Shown: positions 7,760 to 16,008 of the stretch, piece by piece
Position numbering within the stretch: position 1 is the first letter of the stretch
Layout: every line of letters starts with the position of its first letter
DNA from: a candidate division FCPU426 bacterium
GTDB lineage: Bacteria; Oederibacteriota; Muellerivitia; Muellerivitales; Muellerivitaceae
Length of the DNA: 64,000 nucleotides
Assembly (NCBI GenBank): GCA_963847625.1
Contig: CAWKAR010000045.1
Coordinates: 1 to 64,000, forward strand
Direction of reading: 5' to 3'
Program-made: the position numbers and the translations under genes
The notes under the pieces: model-generated
What the model was told of the DNA's origin: nothing
What the model saw: the letters and a program-made list of their open reading frames with translations, nothing else
The model's database searches: none

Positions 7760-7864
7760 CGGCCCTTCGCGGCCGGGGTCCGCGTAAAAATTTCACCGGT
7801 GCGGGAAACCGTGGTTTCCCGGGGCTGGAAAAGAATCCGGGATAAAATACCCCCGCGCCCCGCG

Positions 7865-7880
7865 CGGTACGGAACTTGCT
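7865..7880 (+). promoter_or_regulatory. Putative sigma54 -24/-12 promoter for the rhodanese genes
   Basis: CGGTACGGAACTTGCT (GG-N10-GC) about 40 bp before ATG 7922. Confidence 0.55.
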
Positions 7881-7921
7881 TTAACCGGTGGCAGTCTCAA
7901 AAACTCCAAAGAGGTGAAAGC

Positions 7922-8311
7922 ATGGGAATGTCGAAAGAAGCCGTAAAAGACAAGATGAAGGACGCGAAGGTCGTGGTGTTGAACGTCCTGCCGGAGAGTG
8001 ATTATTCGAAGCTCCATATCAAAGGCTCGGACAACATTCCGATGGGACTCAAGGACGACGATTTCGTCCAGGCGGTCGAGAAGAAGTACGGGAAGGACAA
8101 ATTCTTTATCACTTATTGCGCCGGCTTATCCTGCAACGCGGGGCCAAACGCGGCCAAAGCCTTGCAGAGAAAGGGTTTCAAGGCTAATGATTTTAAAGGC
8201 GGTATCGCGGAATGGTCGAACGCGGGTTATCCCACCGAAGGAACCGAAGCGAAGGCCCCGGTAGTTGCAGTGGCGCCCGCACCGGCGGCGGCTTCCGCGT
8301 CGTCGAACTAA
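7922..8311 (+). CDS. Rhodanese-like domain protein
   Basis: HIKGS, ITYCAGLSC, FKGGIAEW; GAGG RBS. Confidence 0.9.
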   Translation: MGMSKEAVKDKMKDAKVVVLNVLPESDYSKLHIKGSDNIPMGLKDDDFVQAVEKKYGKDKFFITYCAGLSCNAGPNAAKALQRKGFKANDFKGGIAEWSNAGYPTEGTEAKAPVVAVAPAPAAASASSN

Positions 8312-8446
8312 TTTTTTGCGGACCGCGTTCCCTTGGGGGAAACGCGGGGTTTCTCCATGTAATCCACGCAAAAATGAAATTGGAATGGTAGTTAAGGATA
8401 TCGGGTTGGATGGATATCACGGCGTCATCACGGAAAGAAGGGTCCG

Positions 8447-8803
8447 ATGTTACTCACAAAAGAAGCGTTATTAAAAAAAATGAAACAAGACCATGTACTG
8501 GTTTTGGATGTTCTTCCGGAAGTGGAGTTTCAAAAAATCCATATCCGGGGATCACGCAACCTCCCATTGACCCAGGATTACAGCGCTTTTGTCCAGGAAG
8601 CCGATAGGTTGTACGGGAAAAACAGGATTTATATCACCTATTGCTCCGGCCATACCAACGCGGTGGGCGCCAATGCCGCCAAAATCCTCCGGGAACATGG
8701 CTTCGCGGCGGAGAATTATCCGGGCGGGGTCGAGGAATGGAATGAGGCGGGATATCCCGTGGATGGTATCCAAACCGGCAAACTAGCCGGGTCTCCCCAA
8801 TGA
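8447..8803 (+). CDS. Rhodanese-like domain protein
   Basis: LDV...HIRGS, ITYCSG, YPGGVEEW. Confidence 0.9.
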   Translation: MLLTKEALLKKMKQDHVLVLDVLPEVEFQKIHIRGSRNLPLTQDYSAFVQEADRLYGKNRIYITYCSGHTNAVGANAAKILREHGFAAENYPGGVEEWNEAGYPVDGIQTGKLAGSPQ

Positions 8804-9156
8804 ACCACCTGGTTTTAGTCCACGATTCGGAGAAACTCAAAATCCAGGAGCCTTGGGGTTCCATGGCGTGGATGGCCAACCAGTCCCTTTCCGGAAGCTC
8901 GGTGTCCGTGGGCCGTTTGATCCTCTATCCCGGTTTTTCAGGTTCCCCGCACAGCCATTCCAACGCCGATGAGGTCATTTACCTGTCCAGGGGAAGCGTC
9001 CACGTGCAAATCGGCGGTTCGGAGACGCGCCTTCACCCGGGAGACGCGCTGACGATTCCGTTGAAGGTCGTCCATATGATCAAGAACAGCGGGGAAGAAG
9101 AAGCCGAAATGACGCTTTCCTATTCGTCCGGCATCAGGAAGTACACGTCCGAATAA
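8800..9156 (+). CDS. Cupin-domain protein
   Basis: PHSH...DEVIY...GDALTIP...VH cupin motifs. Confidence 0.9.
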   Translation: MNHLVLVHDSEKLKIQEPWGSMAWMANQSLSGSSVSVGRLILYPGFSGSPHSHSNADEVIYLSRGSVHVQIGGSETRLHPGDALTIPLKVVHMIKNSGEEEAEMTLSYSSGIRKYTSE

Positions 9157-9367
9157 CATGCCTTCCGCCCTGTTGATTCTTCGTAAAAAAGTGTCTACAT
9201 ATTACAGGATGGAATTTATTTAAATTCCCAGGACCTATCGCGAAGGTTTTAGAAAACACATCCGGCGATTTAGACCGGATCCACCCGGTCAAGATGTGGA
9301 AAAGGGATTGTTTTTTTGTCAGCGGGATACAATGGGTTGCTAAAAAAATTAAGGGAGGCGCGGTTAT

Positions 9368-9784
9368 ATGAGTAAATTTGAGAAGCATTTATTGAAGTAT
9401 TCGGAGGAAGCCTACGGCTTATTGCGGATCGTGTCCGGATTTTTATTCTCGTTCCATGGGGCCCAGAAGATTTTGGGTTTGTTGGCCGACCCCAATATGC
9501 GGCCTCCGGTGGGGTCCGAAATGTGGATCGGCGGCATCATTGAATTGGTGTGCGGGCTGTTGATCTTGGCGGGTTTTCGAACGACCTTCGCCGCGTTCCT
9601 AGCCAGCGGCCAAATGGCGGTGGCTTATTTTCAATTCCATTGGAAGTTCGCGTTCGACAACAATTTTTTCCCGATCGTCAACCACGGCGAGCTGGCGGTG
9701 ATTTACTGCTTTGTATTTCTCTTGATCGCCACCCAGGGCGGGGGGAAGTGGTCTGTCGACAATTCAAAGCGGAAGCGGCGTTAA
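9368..9784 (+). CDS. DoxX-family membrane protein
   Basis: LLRIVSG...HGAQK...MAVAYF...GELAVIYCF...GGGKWSVD. Confidence 0.9.
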   Translation: MSKFEKHLLKYSEEAYGLLRIVSGFLFSFHGAQKILGLLADPNMRPPVGSEMWIGGIIELVCGLLILAGFRTTFAAFLASGQMAVAYFQFHWKFAFDNNFFPIVNHGELAVIYCFVFLLIATQGGGKWSVDNSKRKRR

Positions 9785-9911
9785 GGACAAAGGGGCCGCA
9801 AATTACGCGTTAGAATTTGATTAGAATTTCCCGAACCTATTGCGAATGATATATCCCCTGAAAAAAGTTAGAAATTAGTCCCAACTATTTTTTTGATAGT
9901 TGGGACAACCA

Positions 9912-10061
9912 CCTATTGGGCTTGCGCCTACCCGTTGGACTTGCGTCCACCCATTGGACTTGCGTCCAAGGGCGATCAAGAGCATCGAAAGCGATAAAGA
10001 GCATCGAGGGCGGTAGAAAACATCGAGGCATGCGTCTCGGCTTGTGGCCTCGACGCATGCC
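9912..10061. repeat. Two back-to-back triplets of 19-bp tandem repeats followed by a REP-like hairpin
   Basis: CCCRTTGGACTTGCGTCCA-like x3 (9912-9968); RRGCGRTNRARARCATCGA x3 (9970-10026); GGCATGCGTC...GACGCATGCC (10027-10061). Confidence 0.75.
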
Positions 10062-10570
10062 GACCCTCAATAAAGCTTATAAGGAGGGAACGGCTTTGCC
10101 GTTCCAGGGTGTATAGCACTGATTTTCATAACGGTCTTATTTTTAATCAGCGCAAGAGCTTGTACCCATTGTCTTTCAATGGGCATTACCAAACTCTGCC
10201 CCTCACCGTTGGAGCCTTTTTTGGCTCCAACACATTCAAGGCATGCGCCTCAACTTGAGGTTTCGGCGCAGAAGCTGGTGGGTGAAGGGCAGGTAAATAG
10301 GCTCATGGCAGGTGCGGTTAGAAGTTGGGAATTGACCACGAAACGTCAAAAGAATTAAAACCATTCCTTCCCAATTTATTGCGTTTTTCAAAGAATCCCT
10401 GCCGTTTATCCCAAAGCGTTAAAATAAAGGCAATTCAAAGACAATGGATGGTGAGCTTGCCCTGTGTGAAACGAAGGAAGTCCAACCCGGGAAGCCATTT
10501 AAAGAGTTGGCTTTAAAAAACATGGTTATAATAAAAGTCGTTGATGGAAGCTTTTATATAGGGGGACGGT

Positions 10571-10843
10571 GTGAATTCTTTCAAAAAATTGAACCTTTTC
10601 CTTTTTATTTTCACCTTTATCGGCCCGCTGACCGTTTTGTTTCTTGGCCTGATGGGAATATTAAGTTGGACGTTGGCGATGATTCTTTTTACCGCCATTG
10701 TTCTGACTGTTTCGATTTACGCTTCCAATATCAAATGTTCCCATTGCGGGTTTCGCTTTTCCCGATTTGTGATGCAACCCTGGTGGTGTCTGGTGCTTTG
10801 GCATAAGAACTCGAAATGCTGGAAGTGCGATAAAGAATTTTGA
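10571..10843 (+). CDS. Small membrane protein with zinc-ribbon-like CxxC...CxxC
   Basis: Two hydrophobic helices, then KCSHCG...KCWKCD; GGGGGA RBS, GTG start. Confidence 0.6.
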   Translation: MNSFKKLNLFLFIFTFIGPLTVLFLGLMGILSWTLAMILFTAIVLTVSIYASNIKCSHCGFRFSRFVMQPWWCLVLWHKNSKCWKCDKEF

Positions 10844-10905
10844 CCATAATGGTTATTTCCCCGCCGCTCAAAATTTGATCGCCAGATCATCCGCTGGAGG
10901 CATAA

Positions 10906-11298
10906 ATGAAATTCCAAGATTACATTGTCCGTGACCCTAATATTCTCAACGGGGTTCCGGTGATCAAGGGAACCCAAGTCGCCTTGAACGTTGTTCTTGA
11001 ACACTTGTCATTGGGCGATACCCTGGAAAACATCGTCAGCTCTTATCCGGGATTAACCCCCGAAGCGGTCAGGGCTGTCATCGCTTACGCGGCGTCCCTG
11101 GCCAAAATGGACCTGGACCGGTCGACCCCAGACAAGGGGGAGTTCTTTTCGATCGACGTCGTCAATATTTATATCCGCCAGGGACTTTATCCCCAGGCCA
11201 CCAATATCATCCGCTATATGCTCCGGAAAGATCCCAAAAACCCGAAGTTGAAGAAAAAATTGGAACAGTTGAAAAAGTTGATGAAGCGGAAGGGTTAA
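10906..11298 (+). CDS. DUF433-family protein with C-terminal TPR-like extension
   Basis: DPNILNGVPVIKGT...YPGLTPEAVRAVIAYAA, then IYIRQGLYPQA...DPKN. Confidence 0.85.
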   Translation: MKFQDYIVRDPNILNGVPVIKGTQVALNVVLEHLSLGDTLENIVSSYPGLTPEAVRAVIAYAASLAKMDLDRSTPDKGEFFSIDVVNIYIRQGLYPQATNIIRYMLRKDPKNPKLKKKLEQLKKLMKRKG

Positions 11299-11343
11299 TT
11301 CGTATCTTTTTGGAAGGCATTAATCAAAAGAATTTCTTAGCCA

Positions 11344-11421
11344 CATGCCAATCTTCCATGAAGCTTATAAAGTGATTGGTATCGTACCGATCTCCAATAA
11401 TTTTTATGGATGATCGGCACA
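11344..11421 (-). repeat. Double-hairpin element copy
   Basis: CATGCCAATC...GATTGGTAT-C-GTACCGATC...GATCGGCACA, interrupting TTAGCCACA|GATGCAGGGGAT. Confidence 0.8.
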
Positions 11422-11654
11422 GATGCAGGGGATACATTTAGATTAGGCAAAGAAAAAGAGCTTGTAACCTCTGGAAAATTGGGAGCTGGTAAACGGGGAA
11501 ATTGGCTTAAAAATCCTTTGAATTCCATGGTTTTTTAAATAATAAAATTTATGGATTAAATCAGCTTTTAACCGTCTAGAGGGTAGAAGATGTGATCAAT
11601 ACCCTTTAGCCCTATGACGCATTTTCGGATAGTAGGTCGGTTTCCGAGGCGCGT

Positions 11655-12929
11655 ATGAATCGAATGCCGGTTCTTCATGGAACAGCTCTTTTGGTTTTAG
11701 GGTTTATTTTCTTCGTGGCTGGATGTTCCCAAAAGTTTAATGTGCCTTCCTCGCCTTTGCCACCCGCCCTAAATACCCCAACTGCCACTTTGACGAATAC
11801 CTCTACGACGACAGTATTAGTTTCCACAAATACTTTTACTTCTACTGCGACCAATACGCCCACCTTTACAATGACGCCAACTTCAATCATTCCCACGAAT
11901 ACTTTCACGAATTCGCCGACAATCACACAAACACAGACTTTCACATCTACTGGGACTTTGACAAACACCCCGACTTGGACATTATCACCTACAACAACAG
12001 TAACACCCTCACCTACTCTTACCTACACATCTACAAATACCCTGACTATTACCAATACCCCGACGATTACAAGCACTCCCACAATTACCAATAGTCCCAC
12101 TCCCTGGCCAACGGGGGTTCCCACCTGGACGTTAACGCCCACGTTTACTGCGACGAACACGGCTACTGCCATTACGATTTACACCACCGGTCTATACAAT
12201 ATTGATTGTTGGAATATCTCGTGGGGTACGGTGACCATCATGGGGGCGGTGACTATCATTACTAATTGTTTTTCCCTAAACGCTGGTGCCACAATTCTGG
12301 GCCTTGCTGAAGCTTATCCACCGGGCATGTCTCCATGTCAATTTTCAATTGGTAATTGGATTAACGGCGGTGGTGGGCATGGGGGCGCTGGAGGGGCTGC
12401 CGGTGACCCGAATTGCGATGTGTGCCCAGGGGAAGCCGCATTCGATGATCCGATACATCCTACTTCAACAGGTGGCAACGGCGGAAACGCTGATTGCCTG
12501 GGGGGTTCTCAACTATATTCCGTAGGTGGCGGGCTTCTCGATATTATCGTTTATAACTCTGTCAGCGGAACATTGGGCGCTGCCACTATTAATGGAACTA
12601 TCAATATGAATGGGAATGACGGTTGTTGGGGATGTGGTTGCTCCTCTGAATCTGGAGGAGGGGGTGCGGGTGGAGCCATTATAATTGAAGCCAATGAAAT
12701 TGACGGGGGGGGAACAATGACCGCAAACGGAGGAAATGGTGGAACGTCCTCGGGTTCTGGCGGGGGCGGGGGAGGAATCATTTCCCTGATTAGGAATATA
12801 TCTACTTTCTCCGGAACCTTTTCGGTTGGTGGCGGAAATGGTTCAGTTTCATATTGCACACATCCGATCGTATTCAACGGTTCACCAGGCATAGTGTCTT
12901 TCACATCGGCGCCTGTTACAGGATATTAA
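11655..12929 (+). CDS. Lipoprotein with Thr/Pro-rich stalk and Gly/Cys-rich C-terminal domain
   Basis: Lipobox VAG-C; TxT repeats; GGGGAGG and GGGGGG motifs. Confidence 0.85.
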   Translation: MNRMPVLHGTALLVLGFIFFVAGCSQKFNVPSSPLPPALNTPTATLTNTSTTTVLVSTNTFTSTATNTPTFTMTPTSIIPTNTFTNSPTITQTQTFTSTGTLTNTPTWTLSPTTTVTPSPTLTYTSTNTLTITNTPTITSTPTITNSPTPWPTGVPTWTLTPTFTATNTATAITIYTTGLYNIDCWNISWGTVTIMGAVTIITNCFSLNAGATILGLAEAYPPGMSPCQFSIGNWINGGGGHGGAGGAAGDPNCDVCPGEAAFDDPIHPTSTGGNGGNADCLGGSQLYSVGGGLLDIIVYNSVSGTLGAATINGTINMNGNDGCWGCGCSSESGGGGAGGAIIIEANEIDGGGTMTANGGNGGTSSGSGGGGGGIISLIRNISTFSGTFSVGGGNGSVSYCTHPIVFNGSPGIVSFTSAPVTGY

Positions 12930-12940
12930 TTCCTTTTCCC

Positions 12941-15106
12941 TCAAATTTTTGCGCCAAACCACCGGCAGGGAACCACGAACCAGGTTCGGATATGTGCCCG
13001 AAATCCCAATGCGAGTGCCAGCAAGAGCCAGAACCCTAAAGTAATCCACGAGCAGACATACAGAAGCACCGGCCTGTATTCCATCCGAATCTGGTGGTTT
13101 CCTGGCTGTTCCAGCGCCACCGCGCGGAAAACCCCGTCGGCCCGAAGAATGGGTTTTTCCACTCCATCCACCCAGGCGTGCCAACCCGGATAATAGGAAT
13201 CGGAAAGGAATAGAAATCCTGGCTGGTCCATTTTGCAATTCATTACGGCACTACAATTCCCGTAATGGGTAATGGCAGCCTCCCCAAGATAGCCATTCTT
13301 CCAAGAGGCATTTCCCATCGGCACCTTTTCCAACAGCACCTCACCCCGGATATCAACATTTCCGGCTTGGATGGCCCCCAATGCTTCGGAAGGGCCCGTG
13401 ACCAAGGCATACCCCCCCACCACGAAGGCCCGGGGAAGTACCTGGGTATTCACGATCGTCCCGTCCGATAGGGGTTTCCAGCGGCCGTTCGGGTGGTTGA
13501 AGTAACTGGGACTGTACAGGTACTTCAGGCCGACAAGGTCGGAAAGGGGGGTGTTCCAATCCGTGCGGAGGGCCTGCAGGCAGTCGTAGGCTTCCTTGAT
13601 GAGGATGGTGTAAGTGAACTCGCTGAGGGGTTGGTTTACCCGGGCGTCCATCTCGAAGTCGGCCAGATAGCCGGATTGGGCCCTGAAGGAAGTCTTGTCC
13701 TTTTTAATCGTATCCCAGGCCTCCCCCGGAAACATGGGAAGGCCTCTCAGGTAAAAATCCCCCTCTTTGGTTATCACGAAGCCTTTGCCGTAATGCCAGA
13801 GGTCGACGGCGCTTGCAACCACCAGGAGGGCGGGCAGGGCGGCCGCCAGGACTCGCACCAGTTTTTTTCTCTTGAAGGCCCAACTTTCCAGAAGCCGGTT
13901 CCATATGGTTCTCAGACCCTCCAGGGTGAGCCCCGCCGCGCAAGAGAGGCAAAAAAGGGTCAACAGCATGACGCGGGCCATGGCCCGGTTATGCGAGAAA
14001 GCAGGGAAGAAATCGTAGAAAAACCGGAAAACCCAATGGGAGAGGCTTGTCGAATCCCCCATGGCCAGCACCGTGAAAAGCAGGGCCAGGGCCCAGAACC
14101 AGCCGAGGAGGGGCTTTCGCCTCACCAGCGCCAAACCCGCGACCGCCAGGAAAAGGGGGATCAACCCGATATAGGTCGCCATCTCGTGGTAGCCCCAGTG
14201 CCCGGTGACGACGTAGCTGTTATCCAATGGCGAGCCCATGAAAAAGGGGTTGAGGAAGTAGCGAAGGTTTCCGGGGTTTGTATAGTCCGTCATGATGTCC
14301 TTGTAGGTCCAATCCCAGCGGTTGCTGAGCATGGCAAACCGCCATGAGGGAAGCCATTGGCAGAGGCTTAAAAGCGCCGCCACGATCAGCGGAAGGCCGC
14401 AGCCCAGGAGAAACTGTCCGAACCGGATTTCCTTCCTGACCCAAAGGAAGAATAGAAATAAAACCATCATCAGGATGGAGTAATAGGTCATCTGGGGGTG
14501 GCCTTCCAGGACCTGCAGGGCCATCAGGATTCCCGCAGCCGCCAGCCGGGAGGCCTTGAAGTCCCCGGTGAAGCGCTTCAGGAGGAACAACACCAGAGGG
14601 AACCAGGAGGCGGCCCAGACGAAATTCACCGCCCCGGAATAAGTGTGGGCCATGAAAAAGCTGGAAAAGGCGAAGGCCAACCCTCCAAGGAATGAACCCC
14701 AGGACCCGCCGCCGAGGGCCCGGATGAAAAGGCATGTCCCGAACGCCGCGAGGAACAAGTGCGCGAAACTCACCCAGGTCAGGGCCCAGCCGAGGGGGAG
14801 AACGAAACAAAGGAGAGAAAAGGGTGAAAAGACCGAATAGTTCATCATTTCCGGCAGGGGCTGGCCCAGGCTGGCAAAGGGCTCCCAAAAGGCGGGGTCC
14901 CCGGCCTTAAGGCATTCGACCCAGTAATGACGCATGGGATAAACCAAAGTCATGTCCCCGGTGCCCCAAACTAACCGGGGATTTGAGAGAGGCTCCCAAA
15001 GGAGGACCGTAAGATAGGCAACGTATAGGACCGCCGCGAGGAAGGCGGCCCGGTCCCACACTTGAACCGGCTTGTTTCCGGGTTTGGACTTGGATGGGGA
15101 AGTCAT
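12941..15106 (-). CDS. YfhO-family (GT-C type) membrane glycosyltransferase
   Basis: Multi-TM with WEPF..LGQP and GHPQ; C-terminal LPRAF...LSDSYYPGWHAWVDG...FRAV. Confidence 0.85.
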   Translation of the reverse strand: MTSPSKSKPGNKPVQVWDRAAFLAAVLYVAYLTVLLWEPLSNPRLVWGTGDMTLVYPMRHYWVECLKAGDPAFWEPFASLGQPLPEMMNYSVFSPFSLLCFVLPLGWALTWVSFAHLFLAAFGTCLFIRALGGGSWGSFLGGLAFAFSSFFMAHTYSGAVNFVWAASWFPLVLFLLKRFTGDFKASRLAAAGILMALQVLEGHPQMTYYSILMMVLFLFFLWVRKEIRFGQFLLGCGLPLIVAALLSLCQWLPSWRFAMLSNRWDWTYKDIMTDYTNPGNLRYFLNPFFMGSPLDNSYVVTGHWGYHEMATYIGLIPLFLAVAGLALVRRKPLLGWFWALALLFTVLAMGDSTSLSHWVFRFFYDFFPAFSHNRAMARVMLLTLFCLSCAAGLTLEGLRTIWNRLLESWAFKRKKLVRVLAAALPALLVVASAVDLWHYGKGFVITKEGDFYLRGLPMFPGEAWDTIKKDKTSFRAQSGYLADFEMDARVNQPLSEFTYTILIKEAYDCLQALRTDWNTPLSDLVGLKYLYSPSYFNHPNGRWKPLSDGTIVNTQVLPRAFVVGGYALVTGPSEALGAIQAGNVDIRGEVLLEKVPMGNASWKNGYLGEAAITHYGNCSAVMNCKMDQPGFLFLSDSYYPGWHAWVDGVEKPILRADGVFRAVALEQPGNHQIRMEYRPVLLYVCSWITLGFWLLLALALGFRAHIRTWFVVPCRWFGAKI

Positions 15107-15172
15107 GGGGTGGTCCGGAATAGTAAGACTACCGCCGGGATCGGCAACGGTTTTCGAAGGGTCGGGCCCGAA

Positions 15173-15601
15173 TTACTTGGAGGCGTTATCTGGTTCGCCC
15201 GTGTCACCGACAGCCTTTCCATTTTCGTCCAGCATTTTTTCAAGTTGGAGAAGTTGGTCATCCGTCAGGTCCTGCCGTCCGTTTTGTTTCATGAATTCGT
15301 ATTGTTGTTTCCGGGTATTCTTGATCCCCTCCCTCAGGTTTCCAGATTCCGTTTGGGTGATCCTGCCCGCTTTCATCGCTTCCGTGATTTTCTGCCACTG
15401 ACTACTTATCCGGCGGGCGATCTTGTAAAGGTTGGGGCGGGTGGAGGGAATGCCGATTAATTTCCCCGCTTTTCCGGAATGCTTTGCCGGGGCAATCACT
15501 TTTTTCGCTGGTGGGGTTGGAACCGGGGTGGGATCGGCTCCCGCCGGGCCCACGGTGAAAAGCAGGATTATTCCGAGGAATGCCAGGACTGAAGTTTTCA
15601 T
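15173..15601 (-). CDS. Secreted helical hypothetical protein
   Basis: GGAGG RBS, signal peptide MKTSVLAFLG...AGA, G.IT..E repeat-like helices. Confidence 0.75.
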   Translation of the reverse strand: MKTSVLAFLGIILLFTVGPAGADPTPVPTPPAKKVIAPAKHSGKAGKLIGIPSTRPNLYKIARRISSQWQKITEAMKAGRITQTESGNLREGIKNTRKQQYEFMKQNGRQDLTDDQLLQLEKMLDENGKAVGDTGEPDNASK

Positions 15602-15751
15602 TTGCCCCTCCCGCGCAAAATTGTGGAAACCAGTATGGCATATCACCTGGCCCGGCGGGGTTCAAGGGGAAAAGAACGGGTAGCACGGGTTGGCTGATAT
15701 AATGGAGTGAAATTTTAATTCTAAAAGGCGTTAAGCAAAACCAAGTCTTTT

Positions 15752-15919
15752 GCCACGGATTCAGGGGATGCACTCGGATAGTCCACAAAAAAGGCTTAAA
15801 TATTTATGTTTATAAATCCCATGAATCCCATGCATGCCAGCCTTCAATAATTCTTTTAATGAGGCTGGTATCGTACCGATTTCTTTAACTGTCTTAATGT
15901 GAATCGGCACATCCGTGGC
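15752..15919. repeat. Palindromic element GCCACGGAT...ATCCGTGGC containing a double-hairpin copy (15833-15911)
   Basis: 15795-15944 matches 3995-4144 with one mismatch. Confidence 0.85.
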
Positions 15920-16008
15920 TAAGTTTTATTTTGGGCAGGTGTGATGCATTATTTAAACTGGGGTTGTGTTGCCTCCGATGACATATTGAAACTTTATAAA
16001 GGGATAAC

